A stretch of DNA of 64,000 nt from positions 640,001 through 704,000 of the forward strand of contig OY970061.1 in NCBI GenBank assembly GCA_963705255.1. Direction: 5' to 3'. This document shows positions 55,807 to 64,000 of this stretch, piece by piece. A model generated the notes under the pieces. It was not told where the DNA came from. It worked only from the letters and a program-made list of their open reading frames with translations, and ran no database searches. This DNA comes from an uncultured Methanoregulaceae archaeon. Its GTDB lineage: Archaea > Halobacteriota > Methanomicrobia > Methanomicrobiales > Methanospirillaceae. How positions within the stretch are numbered: the stretch's first letter is position 1; every line of letters begins with the position of its first letter. Made by a program: the position numbers and the translations under genes.

Positions 55807-56346
55807 ATGGGGAAAAGGAATCTTCTCCGGCATCCTCATGGCTATTGTTCTGGCTGTTGTTCTGGCACTTGTCTGCTGTCCTGCCTTCGCCCTGCCCGCA
55901 CCGGCACCCGGAGGGGGTCCGGACAGTTCAACCAGGGGATACCGGTATACTGGCCGTACCATGTCCTGTTCATATCGACGGGACTCATCCTTCTCGTTGC
56001 CGGTTTTCTCATCGCGAGGTTTCACAAAACCAGGAACTGGTACAAAACTCATGTGATCCTTGAAGTAACCGGCGGTGCCTGCATGATTGCCGGTCTGGTT
56101 ATCGGGATCTCCATGGTCGCTCTTTCCGGTTTTCCGCACCTTAAGAATATCCATGAGATCCTAGGCGTGGCAATTGGAACCCTCGTAATTATCACGTTAC
56201 TTATCGGCTATTGTATAAAACGCGTAACCATATCAAAAAAGGTAGTCCGGATGAGCCATCGCTGGCTGGGACGGATCCTGATTGTCCTCATTGGTATCAA
56301 TATCATTCTTGGTCTCGTATTCCTGGCCGCAATCATTGGCCGGTAG
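55807..56346 (+). CDS. Four-TM, four-His cytochrome b561-like membrane protein; N-terminal signal segment apparently frameshifted
   Basis: WPYH, WYKTH, NIHEILG and SHRWLGR, each at the start of a TM helix. A hydrophobic leader (GILMAIVLAVVLALVCCPAFA) sits in the adjacent frame. Confidence 0.7.
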   Translation: MGKRNLLRHPHGYCSGCCSGTCLLSCLRPARTGTRRGSGQFNQGIPVYWPYHVLFISTGLILLVAGFLIARFHKTRNWYKTHVILEVTGGACMIAGLVIGISMVALSGFPHLKNIHEILGVAIGTLVIITLLIGYCIKRVTISKKVVRMSHRWLGRILIVLIGINIILGLVFLAAIIGR

Positions 56347-56510
56347 GTCTCCCGGTATTTTTTACCCTGCTTCCTGTCGCCCGCGGGTTGCATGAGAGAA
56401 AAATTTCCCGTTCTGCCCGTCCCCGTGTGCCGGTAACTATGCAACAACCGGGACCAATCCACGAAGTCCCGCCGGTATGCGCGAACCCTTCAACCAGTCC
56501 GGTAAAAAAA

Positions 56511-56924
56511 TTATGGAGTTTTGGCTTTGCTGAATTTTTTCAGAAGGAGGACAATCACGAGAATTCCGACAATAAGCCAGACAATCATGAGAAGTACGGT
56601 GAGTATGGCTCCGAAGAACATGAACCCGGTGAGCATTCCTCCTTTGCCATGCGCCGCCCCGGCGCCACCCCTTGTTCCCGGATACGCTCCCCGCATTCCC
56701 ATGCCATTCCCGTATCCACGCATCATATTCCCGTGACCCCACAGGTTGCCGGTGGCCGTTGCATTCTGATAGTACGCCATATGAGGTGTTCCGTTACCCC
56801 AGCCACCGGGGACTGCTGCCTGAGGGTCAGCTGCGGCGACCGTGCCGGCTATCCCGAAGGTAAGAATTACGATCATGATGCTGATGATGATGCCGCGTTT
56901 CATTCTATTGTCATACTGTTTCAT
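56511..56924 (-). CDS. Small exported Gly/Met-rich protein with C-terminal TM helix
   Basis: Signal peptide, a GNMMRGYGNGMGMRG low-complexity segment, and a long hydrophobic tail ending in KK. Confidence 0.7.
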   Translation of the reverse strand: MKQYDNRMKRGIIISIMIVILTFGIAGTVAAADPQAAVPGGWGNGTPHMAYYQNATATGNLWGHGNMMRGYGNGMGMRGAYPGTRGGAGAAHGKGGMLTGFMFFGAILTVLLMIVWLIVGILVIVLLLKKFSKAKTP

Positions 56925-57571
56925 GGTTTATGCTCCTGTACCTGAATGCTGAATTCACCTGAATTCCATGGTGATGTCATGATACCCTGTCCTCCCTGCC
57001 GAACCGGCACCCGGGCAGATCCTGCTTTAGCTCTACTGCCGGGCGGGTGAGGCAGTTGTTTATGCGCCCGACGGGATACCCAGCGCAGTGCGGAGTCTGT
57101 TGCTCCGTGACCCTCAGGTTTTGTGCTGCTTCGGTGAGGTTCCCGGAGAGGGCCTGTGTTGCATTCCCGACGCCGATCGCAGCTGAGAGCTGTTGCGCAG
57201 TCGCTTCCAGCTGTTGTGTCACTTGGGTAAGATTCCCGGAGAGGCCCTGAGTTGTATTCCCAACTTCCAACGCATCTGAGAGCCTGCTGCGCAGTCGTTC
57301 CCAGCTTCGAGGCTGCGGAAGCGAGATCCAACTGGACGCCCTGGCCATTGCCCAGGGTGCTGTTCTGATCCTGCACGGAATACGATCCTGTCTGGAATCC
57401 CGGCTGCTGGATTGGGGCCGGTGTTTCCGGCTCTGTTCCCGGGACGGACGGTGTTGCAGTCCCGGCCGGTTGTCCCGAGGAATTGCCGGCATTCTGGACA
57501 CATCCTGCTGCGATGATCCCCACGAAGAGAACCAGCGAGCACAGAAGTACGATGAGACAGGTCTTTTTCAT
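56921..57571 (-). CDS. Lipoprotein-like protein with internal helical repeats; frameshifted
   Basis: AAGC lipobox-like motif. Repeats L..AA.KLG.T.QQL..ALG (DLASAASKLGTTAQQ; NLTQVTQQLEATAQQLSAAIG; NLTEAAQNLRVTEQQ) are split over two frames. Confidence 0.6.
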   Translation of the reverse strand: MKKTCLIVLLCSLVLFVGIIAAGCVQNAGNSSGQPAGTATPSVPGTEPETPAPIQQPGFQTGSYSVQDQNSTLGNGQGVQLDLASAASKLGTTAQQALRCVGSWEYNSGPLRESYPSDTTAGSDCATALSCDRRRECNTGPLREPHRSSTKPEGHGATDSALRWVSRRAHKQLPHPPGSRAKAGSARVPVRQGGQGIMTSPWNSGEFSIQVQEHKP

Positions 57572-57865
57572 GACACCTTTCTCTTGTGAACATTTCCAAT
57601 GTCGTGAACCACTCCGGTGGTTCGTCAGACATCAAGTAAGTTATTACCTACATATTGTTATATATACTTAACTTTGATTGGCCGATTTATTGCAATAAAA
57701 GGAAATTGAGCATAATTTTTTGCTGTTATTCCGGTTCAGACAGATAACCGGAAAGGCGAACTATTCGCCAGAACCGCATTTACCTCCGCTGAACCAGAGG
57801 CGATAAATGATACGGGAGACACCCGGGCAGATGCCTATTTATTGGAATTACGAGAATGAATTACT

Positions 57866-58036
57866 ATGAACGTTCAGGACCTGAAAACTCCACAGGTTAA
57901 AGGGACAATTTTTGGGCTGATCATCGCGATCATGCTGACCGTGTTTAAGATACCTCTTGGTTTCGCCATCGTCGTAGGCATAATTTTCGGATATGTGGCG
58001 TTTTCTGTCCTGAATGAAAAGACAAAAAAGAAATGA
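57866..58036 (+). CDS. 56-aa two-TM microprotein (below the ORF-track cutoff)
   Basis: MNVQDLKTPQVKGTIFGLIIAIMLTVFKIPLGFAIVVGIIFGYVAFSVLNEKTKKK*. Confidence 0.6.
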   Translation: MNVQDLKTPQVKGTIFGLIIAIMLTVFKIPLGFAIVVGIIFGYVAFSVLNEKTKKK

Positions 58037-58111
58037 ATTCCATCCTGGCTGCTGTACAAGACGAAGATAAAATACTAAGTATCGCCTGAAGTTATTCGGA
58101 GCTGTCCCGGA

Positions 58112-58372
58112 TTAATATTCTATAATACCCATTTCTGCGTCTAGGCCAAGGCTTGATGGTACCGGGTCCGGGAATGTTACGTTGTTTGCGGTAGCGACAA
58201 CGCCAAACGAAAGGAAATTGGGATCAGGTGCCCAGTAAAGGGTACCTGAACTATTGTAATCTTCCAACAATACGGTTCGGGTTGAGTTGTACGACGACTG
58301 GCTGTTTTCCAGGTATTCAGCGGAGCGTGTAATTCTTCCGGTAGTTCTGATAATCGGCGACCGGTTTCTCAC
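58112..58372 (-). pseudogene. Possible C-terminal fragment of a surface protein
   Basis: Protein-like stretch with several N-x-S/T sequons (NST, NSS, NVT) but no signal peptide or convincing start. Confidence 0.25.
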
Positions 58373-58454
58373 ATCGGGAAGGCCTGATCCGACGATTGTT
58401 CCACCCTCCCGAGTATTTATATGGGAAGGAGAGAGATTAAGTAAGGTAAAAGTT

Positions 58455-58526
58455 GCCTCGGTAGGGTAGTGGACATCCTAGAAGCCTCCGGAGCTTTTGA
58501 CCCGGGTTCGAGTCCCGGCCGAGGCG
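58455..58526 (+). tRNA. tRNA-Arg (CCG)
   Basis: Acceptor GCCTCGG/CCGAGGC, anticodon arm GAAGC-CTCCGGA-GCTTT. TATA box TTTATA about 35 nt upstream. Confidence 0.95.
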
Positions 58527-58587
58527 CTTTTCTTTTCACATCCATATCTCCCCTCTTAAGATACGATGACAACGGTACCGATGAGGA

Positions 58588-59538
58588 TTACGCGCTGTCA
58601 TCGATAAGACGGATGAGGTTTTCGCGCCCCTTTCTTACCTTCTGGATGATCCCCCGCTGCTGGAGATCGTTGAGCGTGGAACTCACGGTGGATTTTGGCA
58701 AGCCCAGGACTTTTGTGATCTCTGACTGGAACTCTTTTCCGCCGTTTGTCCTGAGCAGCTGGACGATCCGCTCTTCGAGAGATAGCAGATCGGCGTCAGA
58801 CAAGCGGGATGTCCGGTCCCCGGGATCGTCCGTTGGTCCATTTGGCCCCGGCTGCTGTCTTCTCTTCCGGTATACCATGAAGCCGGATACAACGATCAGT
58901 ATGGCGATGAGCCCCAGAACAACCGGCAGGGCCGGAAATGCCGGTCTTTCCAACACGATTCGCGGTTCTCCGGCTCCGAAAGAGCGAAGGCCGTACCAGA
59001 TGAGCCCATCGCCCACCTGCTGGTCAGGGACCGGATCTGCAGCCGTTACCGTATAGCCGCGAGGGTAGCTGACGACCAGGGTGCTGTCCTTTGCCAGGTA
59101 CAGCCCGCCGGGAAAGGCATCGCCGGCGGAAAGGCCGCCATCAGATACGGCAAAATTCGTCCAGGAAAACGAGTAGGTGACAACCCCGAACTTTCCGGTA
59201 GGGGACGTCTGGACTACGGCATCACCGGAAAAATTGTCCACCGCCATCTGCCGGGAGGTGCCGGCGGCTGCCTGCGCAGCGGACCGCTGCATCAGGTCCT
59301 CCATCTGGGGGAGGTAAACGGAATTCAGGTCGCGGGAGTAGTTTTCAAAATTAACCATGTCGTCGTCAGTGGCGAGGGGGGTGCGGTACTCTACCGTCCA
59401 GAGCGCCGAGCCGTCTTCCCGGAGGGCGATCGTGTAGGTGGTGGTGAACTCCGTGGCAGGTGCCGCCCATACCGCCGGAATGGTGCAGAGCAGCAGGACT
59501 GCAATGGCCAGTACCCGGTAACAGGTCAGTTTATCCAT
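58588..59538 (-). CDS. Membrane-anchored regulator: extracellular domain, TM helix, C-terminal winged HTH (COG2512-like)
   Basis: Signal peptide, beta-rich ectodomain, TM helix followed by RKRR, then EERIVQLL..NGG..FQSEI...LGLPKSTVS..L..L...G.I.K...GREN. Confidence 0.85.
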   Translation of the reverse strand: MDKLTCYRVLAIAVLLLCTIPAVWAAPATEFTTTYTIALREDGSALWTVEYRTPLATDDDMVNFENYSRDLNSVYLPQMEDLMQRSAAQAAAGTSRQMAVDNFSGDAVVQTSPTGKFGVVTYSFSWTNFAVSDGGLSAGDAFPGGLYLAKDSTLVVSYPRGYTVTAADPVPDQQVGDGLIWYGLRSFGAGEPRIVLERPAFPALPVVLGLIAILIVVSGFMVYRKRRQQPGPNGPTDDPGDRTSRLSDADLLSLEERIVQLLRTNGGKEFQSEITKVLGLPKSTVSSTLNDLQQRGIIQKVRKGRENLIRLIDDSA

Positions 59539-59626
59539 GGAGCACCGTGTTGTTGATCATTATCGTATCCCGTATAAAAAATATGTAACCGGTCATTGTA
59601 GACCGGTTGCTGATCTGAACCGTGGA

Positions 59627-60577
59627 CTACCTGTTGCGGAACCGGGTATCCCAGTTACCATTCCGGTTGTCATTTCCGCTGCCATTCCGGTAGCTGTTGT
59701 TATTATCGATCCGGTCGCCTGTTCCATTGCCATTCCTGTTTTCCTGGATGACGGGCCGGCGCTGGTCCTGCGAAGACTGGTTCGTTTCCCGGGGGAGCTG
59801 TTCAGTCCTGTTCCACGTCTGCCCGGTCTGTTCCCGGCTCTGGTACCCGGCCGCCGGGACAATCCTGTTCACGGTTGGGCCGGGTTTACGTTCCATATAC
59901 ATCGGTGTTGTCAAAGTCTGCGCCCTGGCCTGTGTGCCGGAACTCAGGTGTTCCGCTCGTAACCATATCCTGTTGTCCGCATCCTGGACGCGTTCGAACC
60001 GTGTCTGGGTCATCTGCTCAAGTTTCATCTCCAGTTCCCGGCTGTTGTTGTATGCCCTTGCCAGGCCCGGGTCACCGGAGTGCGTGGACAGAAGACTATC
60101 CAGGACAACCTGATGCCTGATGATCATGTCCTGCGCGTGCATGAAACCGGTATCATTGGGCGACGGCACAGGTATGGTCGTGTTGAACGTGGGCATTGAA
60201 GAGCTCTCATTGAACAGTCCGAGAGTACTTTCTGTCTGGTTCAGGTTCTGCCAGTACTGATCCAGTGCCCGGTCTGCGGCATCGGTTCTGTTGGCTGCCA
60301 GCGCTCCCTCCAGTTCAGCAAGGCGGAGGTCTGTCTGGTTAATCTCCTTTTCCAGCCTCTCGCTCTGGTTGAAGGTGAAGGAATCGTCGAGATTTTCAAA
60401 TGCTATCTTGAGCCCGTACAGGGAGTTGTCAGCGCCGATTGATCCGTTGTATGGCTGTATGCCGTCCACGAGCTGCATTCCCTGGGTGCCGGTGGTATTG
60501 TCTGCCGCAGCGGTCCCGATGGTGCAGAGCAGTCCGAGCGCCACCAGTCCCAGCAGCACGCCAATCCTGGTATTCAT
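59627..60577 (-). CDS. Exported DUF5667-like helical protein with Asn/Gly-rich tail
   Basis: Signal peptide, IGADNSLYGLKIAFE..D..FTFN and RLAE motifs, and a low-complexity NRNGNG tail. Confidence 0.75.
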   Translation of the reverse strand: MNTRIGVLLGLVALGLLCTIGTAAADNTTGTQGMQLVDGIQPYNGSIGADNSLYGLKIAFENLDDSFTFNQSERLEKEINQTDLRLAELEGALAANRTDAADRALDQYWQNLNQTESTLGLFNESSSMPTFNTTIPVPSPNDTGFMHAQDMIIRHQVVLDSLLSTHSGDPGLARAYNNSRELEMKLEQMTQTRFERVQDADNRIWLRAEHLSSGTQARAQTLTTPMYMERKPGPTVNRIVPAAGYQSREQTGQTWNRTEQLPRETNQSSQDQRRPVIQENRNGNGTGDRIDNNNSYRNGSGNDNRNGNWDTRFRNR

Positions 60578-60866
60578 GGTTTTTTCCCTCCAATTCCGGC
60601 CTGTGCCGTTGACTGAAGGTTCCCTTCCCAATGTCTTAAGGGTCGTTACGGTTCCGGAAAATTCCGGTCGTCCGAGCGGATTTTATTCATCGCGCAATCG
60701 TTCCGGATGGTTCAGTTGGCAAATCGGAGGGGTTCCCGGCGGGGAAAAATTCCGGTGTTTTTCCGGGAAGAATACGGAACGGACCGGTTCCGGATCGGCC
60801 AAACACGCAGGAGCGGGATGCATGTATTTTGCAGAGCCGGAAAATAGTGAAATAAATTACAATTTC

Positions 60867-61913
60867 TTATAACACCGGCTTCTGTTTCAGGGCAGCCACC
60901 AGAAGCCTTACACCGGCCTCGATGTCCCGGGTATCCAGGACCTCGACCGGGGAATGAATGTAGCGCGACGGGATGCTGACCGTCGTGCTCGGGATGCCCC
61001 CCTTGGTCAGGTGGATCGCCGTTGCATCGGTCGTGCCCCCGCTCCCGACTTCCATCTGGACCGGGATGCTGTTTGCATCTGCCGCGTCCTTGAGCCACTT
61101 GACAACCTTTCGGCTGGCGATCAGGCCGCGCCCGCTGCTGTCGACAATGGTTATTACCGGGCCCTTGCCCATCTCCACCGGTGCGTCCTTCATATCGATG
61201 CCCGGGTGGTCGCCCGGTATCGTGACATCGGTTGCGATCGCGCAGTCCGGGTCAAGGGTATAGGCACTCGTGCGGGCCCCTTTCAGCCCTACTTCCTCCT
61301 GGACGGTGAAGACCCCGTAGATCGTGAGCGGGGAGTCCACTTCCTGCAGGGTCTTGATCAGCATGGCGACCCCGGCCCGGTTGTCGAAGGCCTTCCCGGT
61401 CACCCGGTCGTGCGCCAGCTCGGCGAATTCCCGGTCCACGGTAACCGGCGTGCCCACGTCGATCCCGAGGACTTCGGCCTCCTGCCGGTTCGCAGCCCCG
61501 ATATCGATGAACATGTCGTCGATCTTCACGCCTTTCTTGCGTTCCTCCTCGTCCATCATGTGGGGGGGCTTTCCGCCGATGACGCCGAAGCACGGGCCTT
61601 TTGTCCCATGGAGGATGACCCGCTGGTTGTAGAGGGTCGGGCCATACCATCCCCCGAGCGCGACGAACCGGATGAACCCCTTGTCATCGATATATTTGAC
61701 CATCAGCCCGATCTCGTCCATGTGGGCTGCAAGCATGACGCTGAACTTGCTGCCGCGCCTGATGGCGATGAGGTTGCCGAGCGGATCCTCGCGGATCTCG
61801 TCCACATGCCCCCGGAGTTCCTTCCTGATGATCGCAAACACGCTGCCTTCACTGCCCGAGACGCCGTGGGCATTGGATAATTTCCGTAAGAGTTCTTTGA
61901 CCATATCAACCAC
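60867..61913 (-). CDS. M42 family aminopeptidase (TET/FrvX-like)
   Basis: AAHMDEIG, GKAFDNR, QEEVGLKGA, GGTTDA and RYIHSPVE motifs. Confidence 0.95.
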   Translation of the reverse strand: MVDMVKELLRKLSNAHGVSGSEGSVFAIIRKELRGHVDEIREDPLGNLIAIRRGSKFSVMLAAHMDEIGLMVKYIDDKGFIRFVALGGWYGPTLYNQRVILHGTKGPCFGVIGGKPPHMMDEEERKKGVKIDDMFIDIGAANRQEAEVLGIDVGTPVTVDREFAELAHDRVTGKAFDNRAGVAMLIKTLQEVDSPLTIYGVFTVQEEVGLKGARTSAYTLDPDCAIATDVTIPGDHPGIDMKDAPVEMGKGPVITIVDSSGRGLIASRKVVKWLKDAADANSIPVQMEVGSGGTTDATAIHLTKGGIPSTTVSIPSRYIHSPVEVLDTRDIEAGVRLLVAALKQKPVL

Positions 61914-63012
61914 CTATTACACTCCGAATCCTATCAAGGGCCCGGTCCAGGTTCTCCCGGGACGTTGCGTAGCTCAGCCTCGCGTACTCCGGAGCATTCA
62001 CGCCAAATGCAGATCCTGGCACGACGATTACCCCGCTTTCGATGATCTTCTGGGCGACTTCCGGTTTCATGGGTACAAAAGCATAAAATGCACCTTCGGG
62101 GATCGGGAATCCCAGCCCCATGCCGGAGAGCCCTCTCCAGATGATATCCCTGCGTGCCCGGTACTCATCGCGCATCACGTTTACCATGTGCTGGTCGCCT
62201 TCGTAGGCGGCAACCGCGGCGTACTGCGAGATCGAGGTAGCGCAGGCCTGGCAGTACTGGTGCACCTTGATGCACTGGCCGACGATCTCGTCGGGCGCTG
62301 CCAGATACCCGAGCCGCCACCCGGTCATGGCATAGGTCTTGCTCGTCGCATTGATGGTGACGACATTGTCGCCGAACCTTCCGGCACTCCAGTGTTCCCC
62401 GCCATAGATGAAGTGCTCGTACACCTCATCGGAGACAACGGTCACATCCTTGTCAGCGGCATATTCGACCAGTGCCCTGATCGACTCTTTGCTCTCGACG
62501 GCCCCGGTCGGGTTTCCCGGCGAGTTCAGGACAAGCAGGCGGGCACCGTCCATCAGCCCCTTTGCCTGCTCGACATCGATATGGAGGTCTCGTGTAAGCG
62601 GGACGCTGACCGCCCTGCCGCCGGCAAGGGTCGCAAGGGCGTTGTACCAGACAAAACCCGGGTCGGGGCAGAGCACCCGGTCGCCCACGCTCACGAGCGC
62701 CTGCATGACAATATGGAGCGCCTCGCTTGCGCCGGCGGTAATAATGACCTGGTCGGGGTCGTAGACCAGCCCGTTTTCCTTGCGGAATTTTTTGCAGACT
62801 GCGGTACGGAGTTCCGGTATCCCGTTGTTGCTGGTATACCCGGTCTTCCCCTCCCGGATTGCTGCAATGGCCGCGTCCTTGATGTGCTGGGGGGTGTCAA
62901 AGTCCGGCTGCCCGAGCCCGAGGTTGATCGAGCCGGGACCTGCCGCTTCAAATATCTTCCGGATGCCGGATATTTCGATACCGGCTACCCGTTCGGAAAA
63001 TTTCACTGGCAT
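61906..63012 (-). CDS. Aspartate-aminotransferase-like class I PLP enzyme
   Basis: GLGQPDF, NSPGNPTG, SDEVY, SKTYAMTGWRLG and GAFY motifs. Confidence 0.92.
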   Translation of the reverse strand: MPVKFSERVAGIEISGIRKIFEAAGPGSINLGLGQPDFDTPQHIKDAAIAAIREGKTGYTSNNGIPELRTAVCKKFRKENGLVYDPDQVIITAGASEALHIVMQALVSVGDRVLCPDPGFVWYNALATLAGGRAVSVPLTRDLHIDVEQAKGLMDGARLLVLNSPGNPTGAVESKESIRALVEYAADKDVTVVSDEVYEHFIYGGEHWSAGRFGDNVVTINATSKTYAMTGWRLGYLAAPDEIVGQCIKVHQYCQACATSISQYAAVAAYEGDQHMVNVMRDEYRARRDIIWRGLSGMGLGFPIPEGAFYAFVPMKPEVAQKIIESGVIVVPGSAFGVNAPEYARLSYATSRENLDRALDRIRSVIGG

Positions 63013-63026
63013 GGGGGATCCTGTTC

Positions 63027-63626
63027 TCACTCGATATTCGTGTGTCGGTTCTTGAGGGCGGTCTCATCGGTCTTGGTAATCTCCATCAGGCGGGAGATCA
63101 CGGCATCGCCGAAGATCATGGAGGCGGTCTCGAAGAGCGTCCCCAGCGGGGCAAACGACTTGTGGTCCCCCATCATCTGCCGGATCTCGAACTCGACCGT
63201 ATCGTCTTTCACCTCGTCGCGCTGGTGCTCGATGATGACGGTGCATGTCGAGATCTTCCCGATGCGGGAGTCCGCGTTTGACGTGATCAGGCAGATATGG
63301 GCCCCCACCTCCTTTGCAGTCTCCGCGATATCGGCCACGGTCTTGGTCCGCCCGGAACCGGAAAAGACCACCATCAGGTCCCCGGGGCTGATTGCCGGGG
63401 TGATGGTCTCTCCCACCACGTAGGCCTGCAACCCGAGGTGCATGAGCCGCATGGCAAAGGCTTTTGCCACGAGGCCCGACCGTCCGGCCCCGATCGCGTA
63501 GACCCTCTTCGCTTTCAGCAGCTCGTTCAGGAACTTCTCCACGTCTTCGTCGGATATCGTATTGGCAATTGTCCGGATCTTCGATGCCATCAACAGCATC
63601 ATTTCCTGTACCCTGTGGCTCTCCAT
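63027..63626 (-). CDS. hxlB: 6-phospho-3-hexuloisomerase (SIS domain)
   Basis: GAGRSGLVAKAFAMRLMHLG, VGETITP, SGSG.T and APLGTLFE motifs. Confidence 0.93.
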   Translation of the reverse strand: MESHRVQEMMLLMASKIRTIANTISDEDVEKFLNELLKAKRVYAIGAGRSGLVAKAFAMRLMHLGLQAYVVGETITPAISPGDLMVVFSGSGRTKTVADIAETAKEVGAHICLITSNADSRIGKISTCTVIIEHQRDEVKDDTVEFEIRQMMGDHKSFAPLGTLFETASMIFGDAVISRLMEITKTDETALKNRHTNIE

Positions 63627-63772
63627 GCTTCTCTCACAAAAGATGCATCCACATAGTAGATGAGAATTTCGCATATTCCTGACGGATGCAGAAAAAAGTA
63701 CTTTTGCGAATCACTATCAACCGGTTCCGGCAGGAGAAGGATCTTAAAGGATCATCCACAAAATTGTAGAAC

Positions 63773-64000
63773 GTGAAAGCGCCGCTGGTAAAATGGGCCG
63801 GGGGGAAACGGCAGATCCTGGATCAGCTGAGCGCAAACCTGCCGGGACACTGGGATACGTACTTCGAGCCGTTTGTTGGTGGCGGGGCGCTCATGGTAAA
63901 CCTCCAGAACAGCGGAAGGATCTCACGTGCTGTCATATCCGATCTCAATGCTGAGCTGATCAACCTGTACCGTGTCGTAAAATCTCGTCCGCACCGGCTC
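63773..64000 (+). CDS. dam: D12-class N6-adenine DNA methyltransferase, 5' part (runs off the window end)
   Basis: Manual translation from GTG 63773: MKAPLVKWAGGKRQIL...YFEPFVGGGAL...ISDLNAELINLY. Absent from the ORF track. Confidence 0.92.
   Translation, partial: MKAPLVKWAGGKRQILDQLSANLPGHWDTYFEPFVGGGALMVNLQNSGRISRAVISDLNAELINLYRVVKSRPHRL

Noticed and set aside
23142-58526. Near-identical sequence at 23142-23213 and 58455-58526 as an att-site duplication
   Set aside because: Both are complete tRNA-Arg isoacceptors with different anticodons (GCG, CCG) and different acceptor stems.
61672-63423. 583-aa plus-strand ORF and similar long antisense ORFs (e.g. 10946..12196, 32196..33335, 48258..49415)
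   Set aside because: They are shadow frames opposite well-supported genes, as expected in GC-rich coding DNA.

Overview
Archaeal methanogen DNA. Gene content and style point to Methanomicrobiales, probably Methanoregula-like (inference, not a database match). Mostly housekeeping: ilvB, cimA/leuA, a ppk1-CHAD/HD-ppx polyphosphate operon, a three-gene membrane transhydrogenase (pntAA/AB/B), arcS-tgtA-AMMECR1 divergent from the RNase P RNA, an aldehyde dehydrogenase, malic enzyme, cbiA, purH, grpE-dnaK-dnaJ, a tRNA G10 methylase, hypD, mscS, hxlB, three tRNAs (Arg-GCG, Thr-GGT, Arg-CCG) and the start of a Dam-family methylase. Several features are missing from the ORF track or unexplained by it: (i) a decayed type I-C cas3 5' end fused to half of a CRISPR repeat (3480-3754), probably the scar of a deleted CRISPR-Cas locus; (ii) ten phased 32-bp dyad repeats (50393-50758) beside an AT-rich islet at tRNA-Thr; (iii) a four-His cytochrome b561-like protein in a lineage considered cytochrome-free; (iv) a roughly 4,080-codon pure-TPR gene beside the DnaK operon; (v) cbiM and ECF S-component remnants. 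Isolated single-base frameshifts in otherwise intact core genes are frequent and are most likely sequencing or consensus errors.
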